A stretch of DNA of 64,000 nucleotides. Origin: a virus. Every line of letters starts with the position of its first letter. Positions within the stretch are counted from its first letter, which is position 1. The position numbers and the translations under genes are program-made. This document shows, one piece after another, positions 29,177 to 39,860 of the stretch. The notes under the pieces are model-generated. The model had not been told where the DNA came from. It made no database searches and saw nothing but the letters and a program-made list of their open reading frames with translations. Location: IMG/VR virus record IMGVR_UViG_3300043436_002883, positions 45,283 to 109,282 of that record, one strand, 5' to 3'.

Positions 29177-29605
29177 ATGAATAACCTCATAGACTCCGTT
29201 CTGTCTATGACGTTAGACGTTTACAGACAGTTTGATACACAAAACGAAGACACAGGGGCTATTTTAAAAGAATGGCATTACTATAAAAGCGTATCTTGCC
29301 ATGCCAAGGGTGTAATAGGTAACTCATCTACATCGGGTTCAGGAGACAAACAGGTATTTGGTAATAGATACACTAATGATCAAACTATTCAAGTAAGAAC
29401 TGCTGAAAGATTAACTGCCAGAGAAAAGGTAACTAATATAAGAGATATTGACGGCAATGTAATTTGGGTAGAAATAAATTTTCCAACAGACACTCCAACA
29501 GTATTTGAAGTTATGGGCACTACTCCAATTACAGACCCATTTGGAAGAGTGGTTGCATATAACTCATCAATGAAAAGATCGGAGAACCAGGTAATTGGAC
29601 AATAG
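29177..29605 (+). CDS. head closure / neck protein (putative)
   Basis: Synteny between adaptor and tail genes. Confidence 0.5.
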   Translation: MNNLIDSVLSMTLDVYRQFDTQNEDTGAILKEWHYYKSVSCHAKGVIGNSSTSGSGDKQVFGNRYTNDQTIQVRTAERLTAREKVTNIRDIDGNVIWVEINFPTDTPTVFEVMGTTPITDPFGRVVAYNSSMKRSENQVIGQ

Positions 29606-30377
29606 CTCTCTACTAGTTACAGCAGCCAGCGGATTGCAAAAAGGCATGTCTGGTACTAAAGGCAAAATTTTAAAAGACAGCACAGTGGCACAAATATCTG
29701 CTGCAGTTTATTATCAAGCTCAAGTTGTGTCCAAGTTAGCAACAAACAAGGCATTTGAAAAGAAATTTCAGTCAGTTATATTTAATCAAATAGAACAAGA
29801 CTTTGGATTGTATGTAGACTCTCAGGCAAGAGTAAATCCTAAATCTTTACACCATATGTACGAATGGAACAAGACGGGCAGCAAAAGCGCAAGATTGTTT
29901 AACCTTACAATGATGCCCGCAAGCGGTCTTTCATTTAAAATAGTATCTAATTTTTTGCCATCTAAATCATCCGTTCCAAATAATTTTGGAAAAAGAAAGC
30001 ATGTGTTTATAAACAAAGCTTCTGTGATAGAAGCTGGAATGCCTCTAACAATCCGTCCAAGGTACGCAGAGCGCCTAGTATTTGAAACTAACACTGGAGT
30101 GGTATACATGCCCAAAGGGGCCTCTGTGACCGTTACAAGGCCTGGCGGAGGCAAAGCAACTGGAAGATTCCAGATAGCTTATGCACAATTTTTTACAGGC
30201 AATTTAGTAAACTTATCAATAAAAAAGTCGGGATTTCAAAAGATATTTAATTCATCATTAACTAAAGCAATGAGAGTCCCGTCTGATGTTAGAAAAGTTA
30301 AATATTCATTTAATGCTAACACATTAAATATGCAGGCAGAATCAGCAATTGCTTCAGCATTCGGAGGTGCAGCATGA
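29595..30377 (+). CDS. neck / tail completion protein (putative)
   Basis: Synteny; basic protein. Confidence 0.45.
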   Translation: MDNSSLLVTAASGLQKGMSGTKGKILKDSTVAQISAAVYYQAQVVSKLATNKAFEKKFQSVIFNQIEQDFGLYVDSQARVNPKSLHHMYEWNKTGSKSARLFNLTMMPASGLSFKIVSNFLPSKSSVPNNFGKRKHVFINKASVIEAGMPLTIRPRYAERLVFETNTGVVYMPKGASVTVTRPGGGKATGRFQIAYAQFFTGNLVNLSIKKSGFQKIFNSSLTKAMRVPSDVRKVKYSFNANTLNMQAESAIASAFGGAA

Positions 30378-30883
30378 CAGATTATAAAGCAGATGTAATG
30401 ATTGATTTAAGAAAATACCTTTGGTCGGAATTAAAGGCTAATGATATTTTTGTGGATACAGATTATTACTCAGATAATATAGGGCAAGAGATTGTCCCAA
30501 TTATTCCTGTCCAGCAGTCTCCAGAAATGAACCAATTTTTAAGCGGTAAAAAACATATCGTCTATGACAAGATAGGCCTATCCTATGAGGAAAACTGGGC
30601 AATATGTTGTGAGCAAATTTTATTTACCATTTATTCAACAGATGTCTCAGAGATCAATGAAATCAGAAATCTTATGACAGACCTATTTAGAAGAATGGAT
30701 GAATCGGCTAGGGATACCAACGCCTACTCTGGGATATCAAAAAAGTTTAAATTCTTTAGCATATTTGTTGCCGACATCTCTCCAACAGCCCCATCTGAAG
30801 AGCTGGCAGGATTTTTGTCTGCGGACGTAATCCTTGAGGTTAAATATGCAAGACATATAGACTCATCGGGCAGATTCCTATAG
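30374..30883 (+). CDS. tail terminator (putative)
   Basis: Acidic ~170 aa protein directly before the tail tube gene. Confidence 0.5.
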   Translation: MTDYKADVMIDLRKYLWSELKANDIFVDTDYYSDNIGQEIVPIIPVQQSPEMNQFLSGKKHIVYDKIGLSYEENWAICCEQILFTIYSTDVSEINEIRNLMTDLFRRMDESARDTNAYSGISKKFKFFSIFVADISPTAPSEELAGFLSADVILEVKYARHIDSSGRFL

Positions 30884-31006
30884 TTTGCCTTTTGGCGTAT
30901 TATACTCTATTATTGGATATAGAGGGAAGGGCCTAGCCAGCCAAGATTTAAGGTTTTACATTTTTAAAAAAAATATATATATTTTGAAAACAGGAGGTAC
31001 GAAACA

Positions 31007-31729
31007 ATGGCATTTAACTCAGCCAAAAATATTCTTGTAGGAGCTTCACCGCTCTACATTTCAACAAGCGATTCAACAGTATCTGGTTATAAGGAAAACC
31101 TTTTAGACAGAGCAACTGGTGGAATTTCTTTCACAGCAAGAACAAAAGCAGCAGTAGCACTAGACGCATCTTCAGATGTTCGTAACGTAGGATTTACAAA
31201 CAATGGTCTTCAGATCACTTACAACCCAACTTACGATTCAGTAACAGTAGATCAGCTTCTAGATACAGCAAAGCTTTTCAAGTCTGCTATGGAGGTTATG
31301 ATTGCAACCGAAATGTCCGAAGGTACACTAGAGAACACTCTGGTAGTATTCGGTCAAGGAGGAGCAACACTAACTAAGGCAGGTACAGCAGGAGCTGCAA
31401 CAGATGATTACCCAACAAAGGGTGCAACTGGCGCAGATGACAAGACTCTTACACTAGGACTTGAGGCAGGATCACTTGGTATTGCCCCAACAGAACGTCA
31501 GCTATTCGCAATTGGTCAAGCACCAACGCTAGCAACTACAACAACAGGTGAAGTAGACGCAGCAACAGAGCGTGTATATTATGCACGTCGTGTTCTTTCA
31601 GTACAACAGTCACAGTTCTCACTTGCACGTAACGCAGCAACAACTTTCCCAGTAACATTCCGTCTTCTACCAGACGCTAACTATAGCGGCTCAGAATACG
31701 GTAAGATTATTGACCGAGTTCTAGCTTAA
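31007..31729 (+). CDS. major tail tube protein
   Basis: NILVGA, VGFTNNGLQITY.P, TFPVTFRLLPD motifs; AGGAGG RBS; terminator follows. Confidence 0.8.
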   Translation: MAFNSAKNILVGASPLYISTSDSTVSGYKENLLDRATGGISFTARTKAAVALDASSDVRNVGFTNNGLQITYNPTYDSVTVDQLLDTAKLFKSAMEVMIATEMSEGTLENTLVVFGQGGATLTKAGTAGAATDDYPTKGATGADDKTLTLGLEAGSLGIAPTERQLFAIGQAPTLATTTTGEVDAATERVYYARRVLSVQQSQFSLARNAATTFPVTFRLLPDANYSGSEYGKIIDRVLA

Positions 31730-31741
31730 TTTATTTAAGCA

Positions 31742-31770
31742 AGAAAGGCCCCCGAAAGGGGGCTTTTCTA
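31742..31770 (+). terminator. intrinsic terminator after tail tube gene
   Basis: AGAAAGGCCCCC-GAAA-GGGGGCTTTTCT. Confidence 0.88.
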
Positions 31771-31829
31771 TTTGTATAGATAATATCTATATGTTATAAT
31801 AATTAAGACTAGATCCTAGGAGGATTAAA

Positions 31830-32162
31830 TTGGCAACAACAGTATATAGCGTAGAAGAACTAACGCTTCAGAATGGCTCAACAGTTAAGCTGAAGCCTTT
31901 AAGTATCAAAGAGCTAAGAAAGTTTATGCTCGTATTACAAGCAGCAAGCGATTCAACAACAGAGGATCAAACACTCAATGTATTAATTGACGCAGTTGCA
32001 GTAGCACTTGAAAAACAACTACCAGAGTTGGTAGCAGATAGAGATGCACTAGAAGATGCACTTGACGTCCCCACAATTAATCGCATACTTGAGGTATGTG
32101 GTGGGATTAAGATGGACGACCCAAACCTTCTAGCGGCAGCGGTTCTGGCTGGTCAGAACTAG
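31830..32162 (+). CDS. tail assembly chaperone (G-like)
   Basis: Lies between tail tube and tape measure; GGAGG RBS with TTG start; slippery site near the 3' end. Confidence 0.8.
   Translation: MATTVYSVEELTLQNGSTVKLKPLSIKELRKFMLVLQAASDSTTEDQTLNVLIDAVAVALEKQLPELVADRDALEDALDVPTINRILEVCGGIKMDDPNLLAAAVLAGQN
32120..32126 (+). other. -1 programmed ribosomal frameshift site C CCA AAC
   Basis: In-frame XXXYYYZ heptamer; the -1 frame is open from 32111 to 32497. Confidence 0.8.
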
Positions 32163-32497
32163 ATTTAGCCGCTTTAGAGGGTGAAGTTTTTCTTCTAGGT
32201 CACTGGAAGAATTACGAAGAACTAGAAGACAGTCTTTCAATGCCAGAACTTATTCAAACATTGAAATCTTTTAAGAAGCAGAAGTCGGAAGATAGAAAGT
32301 TTACTGCAAGTCTTAAGGGAATAGATTTAGATGTAGAAGAGGAAGATTCAGTACCACAGGGAAAAACTTTTGACGATGTTAAAAGGAAAGCGCTTGGTAT
32401 AGATGCTTCAGGTGATGATATAGTTTCCTTACAAGGAAGCCTGGCATCACAAGCAGGGTTCGGAATCGGAGCAGGTCTAGGCTACACAAAGGAGTAA
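32120..32497 (+). CDS. tail assembly chaperone frameshift extension (GT-like)
   Basis: -1 frame reads PSSGSGSGWSELDLAALEGEVFLLGHWKNYEELEDSLSMPELIQ...; includes ORF 32240-32497. Confidence 0.75.
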   Translation, partial: PKPSSGSGSGWSELDLAALEGEVFLLGHWKNYEELEDSLSMPELIQTLKSFKKQKSEDRKFTASLKGIDLDVEEEDSVPQGKTFDDVKRKALGIDASGDDIVSLQGSLASQAGFGIGAGLGYTKE

Positions 32498-32508
32498 GAT
32501 AAAGATAA

Positions 32509-35500
32509 ATGGCTGATGAAAATATTGTAACTAATATAGTTGCTAATGCAGATTTTTCAGGTCTTATTGCAGATGTCAATAAGGTCACAGCATCTTTATC
32601 AAAACTTCAAGCACAAATAATTCAATCAGACACAAGACTCGCAAGTCAAGTGGCTACAATGAACAGGTCTTTTGGTGAAAACCTAAGAAGAACTGGACAG
32701 TTTTCATCACACTTTGTTACCTTAACATCTGATGTTGAAAAGTTTGGCACCAACCTAGACAGGGGCCAGATGAAGCTGAAGCAATATTTTCAGACGTTTC
32801 AGCAACATACAAGGACACAAGGCGGGTTAATTAGAGATCTTGCTAAGCAGCAAGTAGCATTACAAAATGCAATCATTCAGCCGATGGGTAAAAATGCTCA
32901 AGGGCTTATGCAGTACAGCGTACATATCCCACAAGGACTTGATGCTGTAAAAAATAAAACTGCCTTAGCAAGACAAGAACTACAGATCATGAACAAGGTT
33001 GTTCAGGATGGAGGAGTTCAACTTATTAACTGGGGTAAAAATACTCAGTGGGCAGGTCGTCAGTTAACTGTAGGGTTAACGGTACCGCTTGCAGCATTCG
33101 GTAAAGCGGCAGCAGATGCATTTAGAATGGCAGATGCAGAACTAGTTAGACTTACAAAGGTATACGGTGGAGTAGCAGCAACTTCTGCAGCAGATCTTGA
33201 AAAAGTAAGAAGAGAAGTCACTCAAACAGCTAAAGAGATTTCAAAGGCATACGGAGTTTCATTTAAAGATACTATTACTCTTGCGGCAGACATTGCGGCT
33301 ACTGGCAAGCAAGGCGATGAGCTTTTGCAATCAGTTAAAGAAACAAGCAGACTCGCAGTGCTTGGAGAAGTAGACAGACAAGAAGCAATGAAGGCCACCC
33401 TGGCAATTCAAACTACATTTAAACAAAACACAGAGCAACTTTCTGAATCCATTAACTTTCTTAACTCAGTTGAAAACCAAACTTCAACAAGTCTTGCAGA
33501 TTTAATTGAAGCAATTCCAAAGGCGGGTCCTGTTATTCAGGGTATGGGCGGAAGCGTAAAAGATTTAGCGCTTTATATGACCGCAATGAAAGAAGGCGGA
33601 ATTAATGCTTCAGAAGGAGCAAACGCTCTTAAGTCAGCACTTGCATCACTTATTAATCCTACTAAGGTAGCAAAAGAAAAATTTTCTGAAATGGGAATTG
33701 ATCTAGGCGGAATAGTAACAAAAAACGCTGGGAATCTGACGGGAACAATTTTAGAACTGCAATCAGCATTAGATAACCTAGACCCATTGCAAAAACAACA
33801 GGCGATTGAACAACTGTTTGGAAAGTTCCAATTTGCTAGATTAAATGCTTTATTTTCAAACCTTGGAAAGCAAGGAAGCCAAACTCTTCAAGTAATGGAC
33901 TTAATGAAAGCAAGTTCCCAAGAATTATCACAGGTAGCAGGACGAGAATTATCAATGGTAACAGAGTCCGCTTCTGGAAAGTATAAGAGAGCAGTAGAAG
34001 GATTAAAAGCAGATCTTGCAGGTATTGGCGACGAGTTCTTAAAAATTCAAACATTCTTTATTAATATTGTAGACGGTGTTATTAAGTTTATAAATAAATT
34101 ACCAGACCCAATTAAATCTTTGTTAACATTTGCTACAGGATTTACAGCAGTCATCGGCCCAGTAATTATGTTAACTGGTGTTCTTGCCAACTTCTTTGGA
34201 TATATAATTAAAGGAGCATCACACTTTAGAGCTTTATTTAAAGGTGGAGAAGGCTGGAAGATGCTTACGCCAGAAATTTTGGCAGCACAAAAAGCAGGAT
34301 CACTTGTTGAAGCAACATTCTATAGTGATGCTAAAGCAGCTACAGTATTAAAAACTGCAATTGCAGGCCTTGTAACAGAATTTGAATTACTTCAGTCCAA
34401 GGCTATGACTGGCGCAGTGTCTGCGTCACCAGCAATTTCAACAATGGCTGGAAATGTTGTTAAGCAAAGCGGAGCAAGAGTTGTTGATCCAAACCACCCA
34501 TTAATTAGCCCAGAAGACACAAGGTCAATGTCTCATCTTAATCCAGTTGCTGGAATGACACTAGATCAAAAATCAACACAAACAATTTTCAGTACAGTCC
34601 CAGGAGCACCAAAAGTAAACCAAAAGATTGGAAACAATCCTCAGATGTATATGTCTGGAGACCTTCCAAAGATTCCAGGACTGACATCTATTGGCGGAGC
34701 ATCAACAGGTATTGTTGCAGCCGAAGCAGCAAAATGGCATGCAATGACAGGCGCACTTGCAATGCAGTCACAGGCAGAAATTGCTTTACTTAAAAAAGAA
34801 GTGGCATCAACTGGCCTTATAACAGCATCACTATCTGATTCATACCAAGCATTGCTTCCAACAATGACAAAGCTTACCGCTAATGCCGCAGCTGAATCAG
34901 CAGCAATTGTTGCACAGTTGCAAGCTGGTAAATTAACAGTAGATCAAGCAAGAGCTAAAATTGTTCAATTAAACGCACAGGTAGAGGCTATGATTGCACA
35001 AGCTTCTGTAGACATTGCGGGACAACAGGGAAGAACAATTGGCCTAACAACAGTGCCATTGTTAAATCAGCCAGTTGTTAATGCAGCTGGAAAATCTAAT
35101 ATGAAAGAACTTCTTCGCCCAGGAAGAACCAGAAGCCTTCTTAATAAAATTGCAAGCGGACTTGGCGTAAAAACATTTGGTGCTGGATACAGCACAGAAA
35201 CAACAATTCCAAAAAGATTTAACACTGGAAGTCTTGTACCAGGAACTGGCAATACCGATACAGTTCCCGCAATGCTTACTCCAGGAGAATTTGTTATTAA
35301 CAAAGAAGCAACAGCAGCAAATCTGCCATTGCTTCAAGCAATAAATGGTGGAAAGGGATCTAATGGCCCTAATTTTAATAAAGGTGGAAAAGCTTTAAGA
35401 CTTCAAAGAACTCATATAACAGATGACTTAAGTGGTCTAGCTTTATTGTTACCAGCATGGCTAAATCTAGGAGTTAACTCTAATGGAAGTGGTTTAACTG

Positions 35501-38500
35501 GAAGTAAAATTGCTGATGGAATTAGAGAAACTTTACAGTCTGGATATGATCCAAATGACTTAATGAACGAAGCAACTGTTACTTTAGGTGGGGATAGAAG
35601 ACAGTCATCAAGAAGAACTAATGCAGCTTTAGAAAAACTAATTGCTTCTTTAGAAAGTCCAGAAAATGCAAATAGAATGATTGGCGGTAAGTCAGATCCA
35701 TTTGGATTTGAAAGACTTGCAAAAGAAATATATAGACCAGCACTTCGTGGAATTAAAATTGACTCTGCAAAATCTGGTGGAAGAAGAAATTTATTTTCTG
35801 CAATATCTCAAATATTTACTGAAAGATCTAAGGAAGTTTTAACTAGAGATGAAGCAATATCTCGTGGACTAATTACTGGATCTCCAACAGGATCAAGGCA
35901 AAAGGGCCAGATGGTTCAAAGAAGAAATGGAAGACTATCATGGGTCAGCGAAAATAGAACAATAGGCTCTAGGGTTCCTTCGTGGGCAAGAGGAACAAAT
36001 TTACCAACACTGCTAACAACATCAAGTGGTATTAGCCATGCTCTTAAATTGCTTAGAAGAAATTCTGGTGGGATTATACCAGGATACAATGCTGGCGGAG
36101 TTGTCGGAAATGTATTAAAGGGCACAGCTTTTAAAAATGTAGGAGCTAAGTTTGGAAAGATAGGAGAGAAGTGGGGAGCCACTTCTCTATCCATTGGTAT
36201 GGGAAGAAAACTATTTGGAAGTTCTGGCTTAACACCTAAAGCGCAAAACTTAATGTATGGAAAGCTAGTCGAGAATCTTGAAAAAGAAAGACCATACGGT
36301 TACGTAAAAGATGCTCAGGGAAGTCTTCAAAAGGCTTTAGAGCCAGACATTGTAGATTCATTATTAAAGATGTCAGCAGGAGATGTGCTTAGCACAGGAG
36401 GAAAGAGTTTAAGCAAGATTGATAGAGAAATCTTGCGAACTAAATATGCAAACTGGGATAACAAATCATGGACACCTTCAACTACTAAAGTAAGAAAACA
36501 AATGTTTGGAATGAACAAAGGCGGAATGGTACCAGGAGTTCAATACTTTAACAGAGGCGGGCAAGTAAAGGGTGTTCAGTATTTAAACAAGGGCAGCAAA
36601 AATCCTATAACATTTGGATCAGCTTACAGGCAAGAAAGAGCAAAGGGAAATATAGGAGCAGGAATGATGGGCTCAGGCCCAATGGCTGGCATGGGTATTG
36701 GTATGGGAATGCAAATGGCTGGCGGAGCAATAGGAGGACAAGCGGGACAAATTATGCAATTTGCATCAGTGCTTCCAATGCTTGCTCCAAATATGTTGGG
36801 CTCACTAGGTAAGCTAGCTGGAGGATTTAAAGGTGTTGGCGGAGCAGCAGGAATTGCAGGTAAAGCAATTGGCTTAGCAATGAGATTTGCACTAGGCCCT
36901 ATTGGTTTGCTTCTTACAGCACTTACTGCAGGATATGCAATATTTAAAAAGTTTAAGCAAGAGCAAGAGCAAAATAAAATTGAGAAAACTAACTCGGTTG
37001 GAATTACAGAGAAATCTGCAGCAGAAGCAGGCATTAAATATAACAATCTTTCTAATTCAATTAAAGCTGTTAATGATCAACTTGAGCTAACTAGAGCAAA
37101 AGGAAGAAATGCGTATGAAGCTTTAAACTCATCTGGAGTACAGGGACTAACCTTAAGCATTAAAGAATTAAGAGAAGGTATCAAGAATGCAAAAGAAAAC
37201 CAGAAAGAATTAGTTGGAACTTTTACCGACATAGATGTATCTGGAGATTCTAACAAGCAAGCAAAAGTTACTGAAATTGCTACTAATTTAAAAGCACAAT
37301 TTATTGCCGCTGGTGTTTCTGCTCAAGATGCAACAAATAAAATATATGCAATTATATCTGCTTCTGATAAAGCCGATATGGCATTCAACGCAATATCTAG
37401 TAAGGGATTTAGAGAAATTACAGATTCAGCATCAGCAGCAGATGCTATGATTAAAACTTTAAATAAAAATATGCAAAACGCAGCAGGAGCATATGATCCA
37501 GATGTGCTGTTTGGAAAAGATTTAGGTGTGGTTATTTCAAATACTACAGATGCCCTTGATGATAATCTACAAACATTAATGAAAACTAAAAAAGAAAACG
37601 GCGAATTAATGACACAGCAAGAAGCTATGTCAAAAATTCTAGATGATATTAATGCAAAAGAAGGATCTAAGCTAACACTAACTCAAGGGCAAATTACATC
37701 TCTTAAAGAAACTCATCCCGCTCTTGCTGAGATACTAAATGAGTCAGACAATGTTGCAGGCATGTATTCAAAATGGAGACTGCTTCTTTCTGGAGTTAGA
37801 ACTGATTTAAAGAATATAACATCAGAGCAGGCCCAAGCCCTGGTAGCATTTGAGTCAGCACTAGACTCTTCTATAGCCGCCTCCGAAGCCAAATCTTCAG
37901 GAAGCGGTATTGGAGCTAGATCACAAAAGTCTATTGCTGCTTTGCAAAAATTAATTGCATCAGGTGGCGCTAAAGCTGCAGCAAATGCACAAAAAACTCA
38001 AGATCAAATTAAAGAAGAAATTAAACTTATTGATAAAAAAATTGATAAGATTAATGAAGAAGCAGATGCTAGAAAGAAAGCATTAGAAGCTTCACAAAAT
38101 AAAGAAAACTTAGCCCTTGAAATTCAAAAAGCTCAGCTAGAATACGCAGACAAAATGGCTGCAGGAGATATGGCTGGAGCAGCACAAGCACAGCTAAAGA
38201 TTAAGCAGCTTGTTGGAGAAAGAGAAACTCAAAAGTCTATTGATGCAATTGAAGAAAATAGAGCTAAGCGTGAAAAAGAATTAATTGCTCAAAGAGAAAA
38301 GCTTCAGGCTCAGTCAGATAAGACTGCAAAAAATTTAACTAACGCTCAAAATAATGCTACCGCAGCAGGCGAAAGAATGAATAAGGTTGATCAATATCAG
38401 AACGAATATCAAAGATTAGTAAAAGAGCAGGCTAGACTTGATGTAATTTTAGAAAAAGATCCATCAAACAAAAAAGCATTAAAGGATCAACAGGAACTAG

Positions 38501-39378
38501 TAAGAGGACCTCTAGGGGATCTTGCAAAACAAATTGCTGCAGACTCAAAGGGGTCAGATAAAATTTTAGCAGCAGAGCTAAAGAAAATATTTACGGGAAC
38601 ATTAATTAATGAAAAGGGAGAGTCTATGGCAGGCAGAGTTATGTCTTCAACTCACCCAAAGGGTGTATCTACCTATAAGGCTGGCTCAGCAGATGCAGCA
38701 TTAAAGCAAGATGCTGCTGCGGCACTTGCGGGAGCCAAGGCAATCACAGGTGGAAAAACTATTGCAGATCTTTACAACGCATATATGGGTATTGGCATAC
38801 AGGGATCTAAAACTAAAGACACAGCATATGAAATTACAGCGACAGGAACTAAATCGGGAGTGGCTTACGGAGGAAATACTAATAAGGGCGGTCTTGAGCA
38901 ATGGGCTAAAGAATCAATTGTTAGAGAGTATGGTTTACAGGCAGGACAATTCTTTAAATACAATGGGCAGACATATAAAGTTGGATATAAAAACTCCATA
39001 ATTAGACAAGCAGAGGGAGGGTACATATCTGGCCCAGGAACTGGAACATCAGATTCTATTCCAGCAATGCTTTCAAATGGTGAGTTTGTTATTAATGCCA
39101 AGTCTGCAGCCTCATTCGGATATGGAAATCTAGAAACAATTAATAAGATGGCGGCTGGAGGCCTTGCTGCAAGATTTGATATTCCATCATACAACACATC
39201 AAGTAGAATGAAGTACGGATCAGAAGAATCAAGAACTTCTAATGTTACAATTAATGCTACACTTACTTTTGGAGATTCTCCTAAGAATGGCAGAGAGCTC
39301 TGGAAAGAATTTAAGCAGATGGCTAAAGCAGAAGGTGCAAAAATTGGAGAGAATATCGTTATAGGGGGAAGCAATTAA
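32509..39378 (+). CDS. tape measure protein
   Basis: 2289 aa, helical and Ala-rich; TMP core region; two PAML..GEFVIN motifs; follows the chaperone. Confidence 0.92.
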   Translation: MADENIVTNIVANADFSGLIADVNKVTASLSKLQAQIIQSDTRLASQVATMNRSFGENLRRTGQFSSHFVTLTSDVEKFGTNLDRGQMKLKQYFQTFQQHTRTQGGLIRDLAKQQVALQNAIIQPMGKNAQGLMQYSVHIPQGLDAVKNKTALARQELQIMNKVVQDGGVQLINWGKNTQWAGRQLTVGLTVPLAAFGKAAADAFRMADAELVRLTKVYGGVAATSAADLEKVRREVTQTAKEISKAYGVSFKDTITLAADIAATGKQGDELLQSVKETSRLAVLGEVDRQEAMKATLAIQTTFKQNTEQLSESINFLNSVENQTSTSLADLIEAIPKAGPVIQGMGGSVKDLALYMTAMKEGGINASEGANALKSALASLINPTKVAKEKFSEMGIDLGGIVTKNAGNLTGTILELQSALDNLDPLQKQQAIEQLFGKFQFARLNALFSNLGKQGSQTLQVMDLMKASSQELSQVAGRELSMVTESASGKYKRAVEGLKADLAGIGDEFLKIQTFFINIVDGVIKFINKLPDPIKSLLTFATGFTAVIGPVIMLTGVLANFFGYIIKGASHFRALFKGGEGWKMLTPEILAAQKAGSLVEATFYSDAKAATVLKTAIAGLVTEFELLQSKAMTGAVSASPAISTMAGNVVKQSGARVVDPNHPLISPEDTRSMSHLNPVAGMTLDQKSTQTIFSTVPGAPKVNQKIGNNPQMYMSGDLPKIPGLTSIGGASTGIVAAEAAKWHAMTGALAMQSQAEIALLKKEVASTGLITASLSDSYQALLPTMTKLTANAAAESAAIVAQLQAGKLTVDQARAKIVQLNAQVEAMIAQASVDIAGQQGRTIGLTTVPLLNQPVVNAAGKSNMKELLRPGRTRSLLNKIASGLGVKTFGAGYSTETTIPKRFNTGSLVPGTGNTDTVPAMLTPGEFVINKEATAANLPLLQAINGGKGSNGPNFNKGGKALRLQRTHITDDLSGLALLLPAWLNLGVNSNGSGLTGSKIADGIRETLQSGYDPNDLMNEATVTLGGDRRQSSRRTNAALEKLIASLESPENANRMIGGKSDPFGFERLAKEIYRPALRGIKIDSAKSGGRRNLFSAISQIFTERSKEVLTRDEAISRGLITGSPTGSRQKGQMVQRRNGRLSWVSENRTIGSRVPSWARGTNLPTLLTTSSGISHALKLLRRNSGGIIPGYNAGGVVGNVLKGTAFKNVGAKFGKIGEKWGATSLSIGMGRKLFGSSGLTPKAQNLMYGKLVENLEKERPYGYVKDAQGSLQKALEPDIVDSLLKMSAGDVLSTGGKSLSKIDREILRTKYANWDNKSWTPSTTKVRKQMFGMNKGGMVPGVQYFNRGGQVKGVQYLNKGSKNPITFGSAYRQERAKGNIGAGMMGSGPMAGMGIGMGMQMAGGAIGGQAGQIMQFASVLPMLAPNMLGSLGKLAGGFKGVGGAAGIAGKAIGLAMRFALGPIGLLLTALTAGYAIFKKFKQEQEQNKIEKTNSVGITEKSAAEAGIKYNNLSNSIKAVNDQLELTRAKGRNAYEALNSSGVQGLTLSIKELREGIKNAKENQKELVGTFTDIDVSGDSNKQAKVTEIATNLKAQFIAAGVSAQDATNKIYAIISASDKADMAFNAISSKGFREITDSASAADAMIKTLNKNMQNAAGAYDPDVLFGKDLGVVISNTTDALDDNLQTLMKTKKENGELMTQQEAMSKILDDINAKEGSKLTLTQGQITSLKETHPALAEILNESDNVAGMYSKWRLLLSGVRTDLKNITSEQAQALVAFESALDSSIAASEAKSSGSGIGARSQKSIAALQKLIASGGAKAAANAQKTQDQIKEEIKLIDKKIDKINEEADARKKALEASQNKENLALEIQKAQLEYADKMAAGDMAGAAQAQLKIKQLVGERETQKSIDAIEENRAKREKELIAQREKLQAQSDKTAKNLTNAQNNATAAGERMNKVDQYQNEYQRLVKEQARLDVILEKDPSNKKALKDQQELVRGPLGDLAKQIAADSKGSDKILAAELKKIFTGTLINEKGESMAGRVMSSTHPKGVSTYKAGSADAALKQDAAAALAGAKAITGGKTIADLYNAYMGIGIQGSKTKDTAYEITATGTKSGVAYGGNTNKGGLEQWAKESIVREYGLQAGQFFKYNGQTYKVGYKNSIIRQAEGGYISGPGTGTSDSIPAMLSNGEFVINAKSAASFGYGNLETINKMAAGGLAARFDIPSYNTSSRMKYGSEESRTSNVTINATLTFGDSPKNGRELWKEFKQMAKAEGAKIGENIVIGGSN

Positions 39379-39860
39379 TGGCAACCACAGTATATTTACC
39401 AGTAGGCTCACTTCTATACATTGACACATCTACTACAGATACTCCTACTTGGGCAAAGCTTTCAGAGCACAACAGGCAGCCAATGTCTATTGGCCAAAAC
39501 CGTATTCAAAAGGTAACAAGAATGAGCAATGGAACACTTAGAAAGTTTTTTATTGCAGATAAAAGAGAATTTAGCACATCCTGGAACATGCTGCCATCGT
39601 TTTCAAATATGACTGTAGATGCAGGATACGGAGCAATAGATTTAAAATCATATTTTGAGGGAGCTAAAGGTCAGGGTGTATTTAAGCTCAAGATAGTATA
39701 TGGCAAGAATCAGACAACACCATTTGCAGATAGAGAAGAAATATTCACGGTGTCTTTTACATCTTGCAGTTTTGAGGTAATAAAAAGAAACGTTAAAGAT
39801 TCTTCAAGCGATCCAGCTCAAGAATTTTGGAATGTATCTATTGCAATGGAGCAGGTATAA
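39378..39860 (+). CDS. distal tail protein (putative)
   Basis: Immediately follows the TMP gene; RMSNGTLR motif. Confidence 0.55.
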   Translation: MATTVYLPVGSLLYIDTSTTDTPTWAKLSEHNRQPMSIGQNRIQKVTRMSNGTLRKFFIADKREFSTSWNMLPSFSNMTVDAGYGAIDLKSYFEGAKGQGVFKLKIVYGKNQTTPFADREEIFTVSFTSCSFEVIKRNVKDSSSDPAQEFWNVSIAMEQV

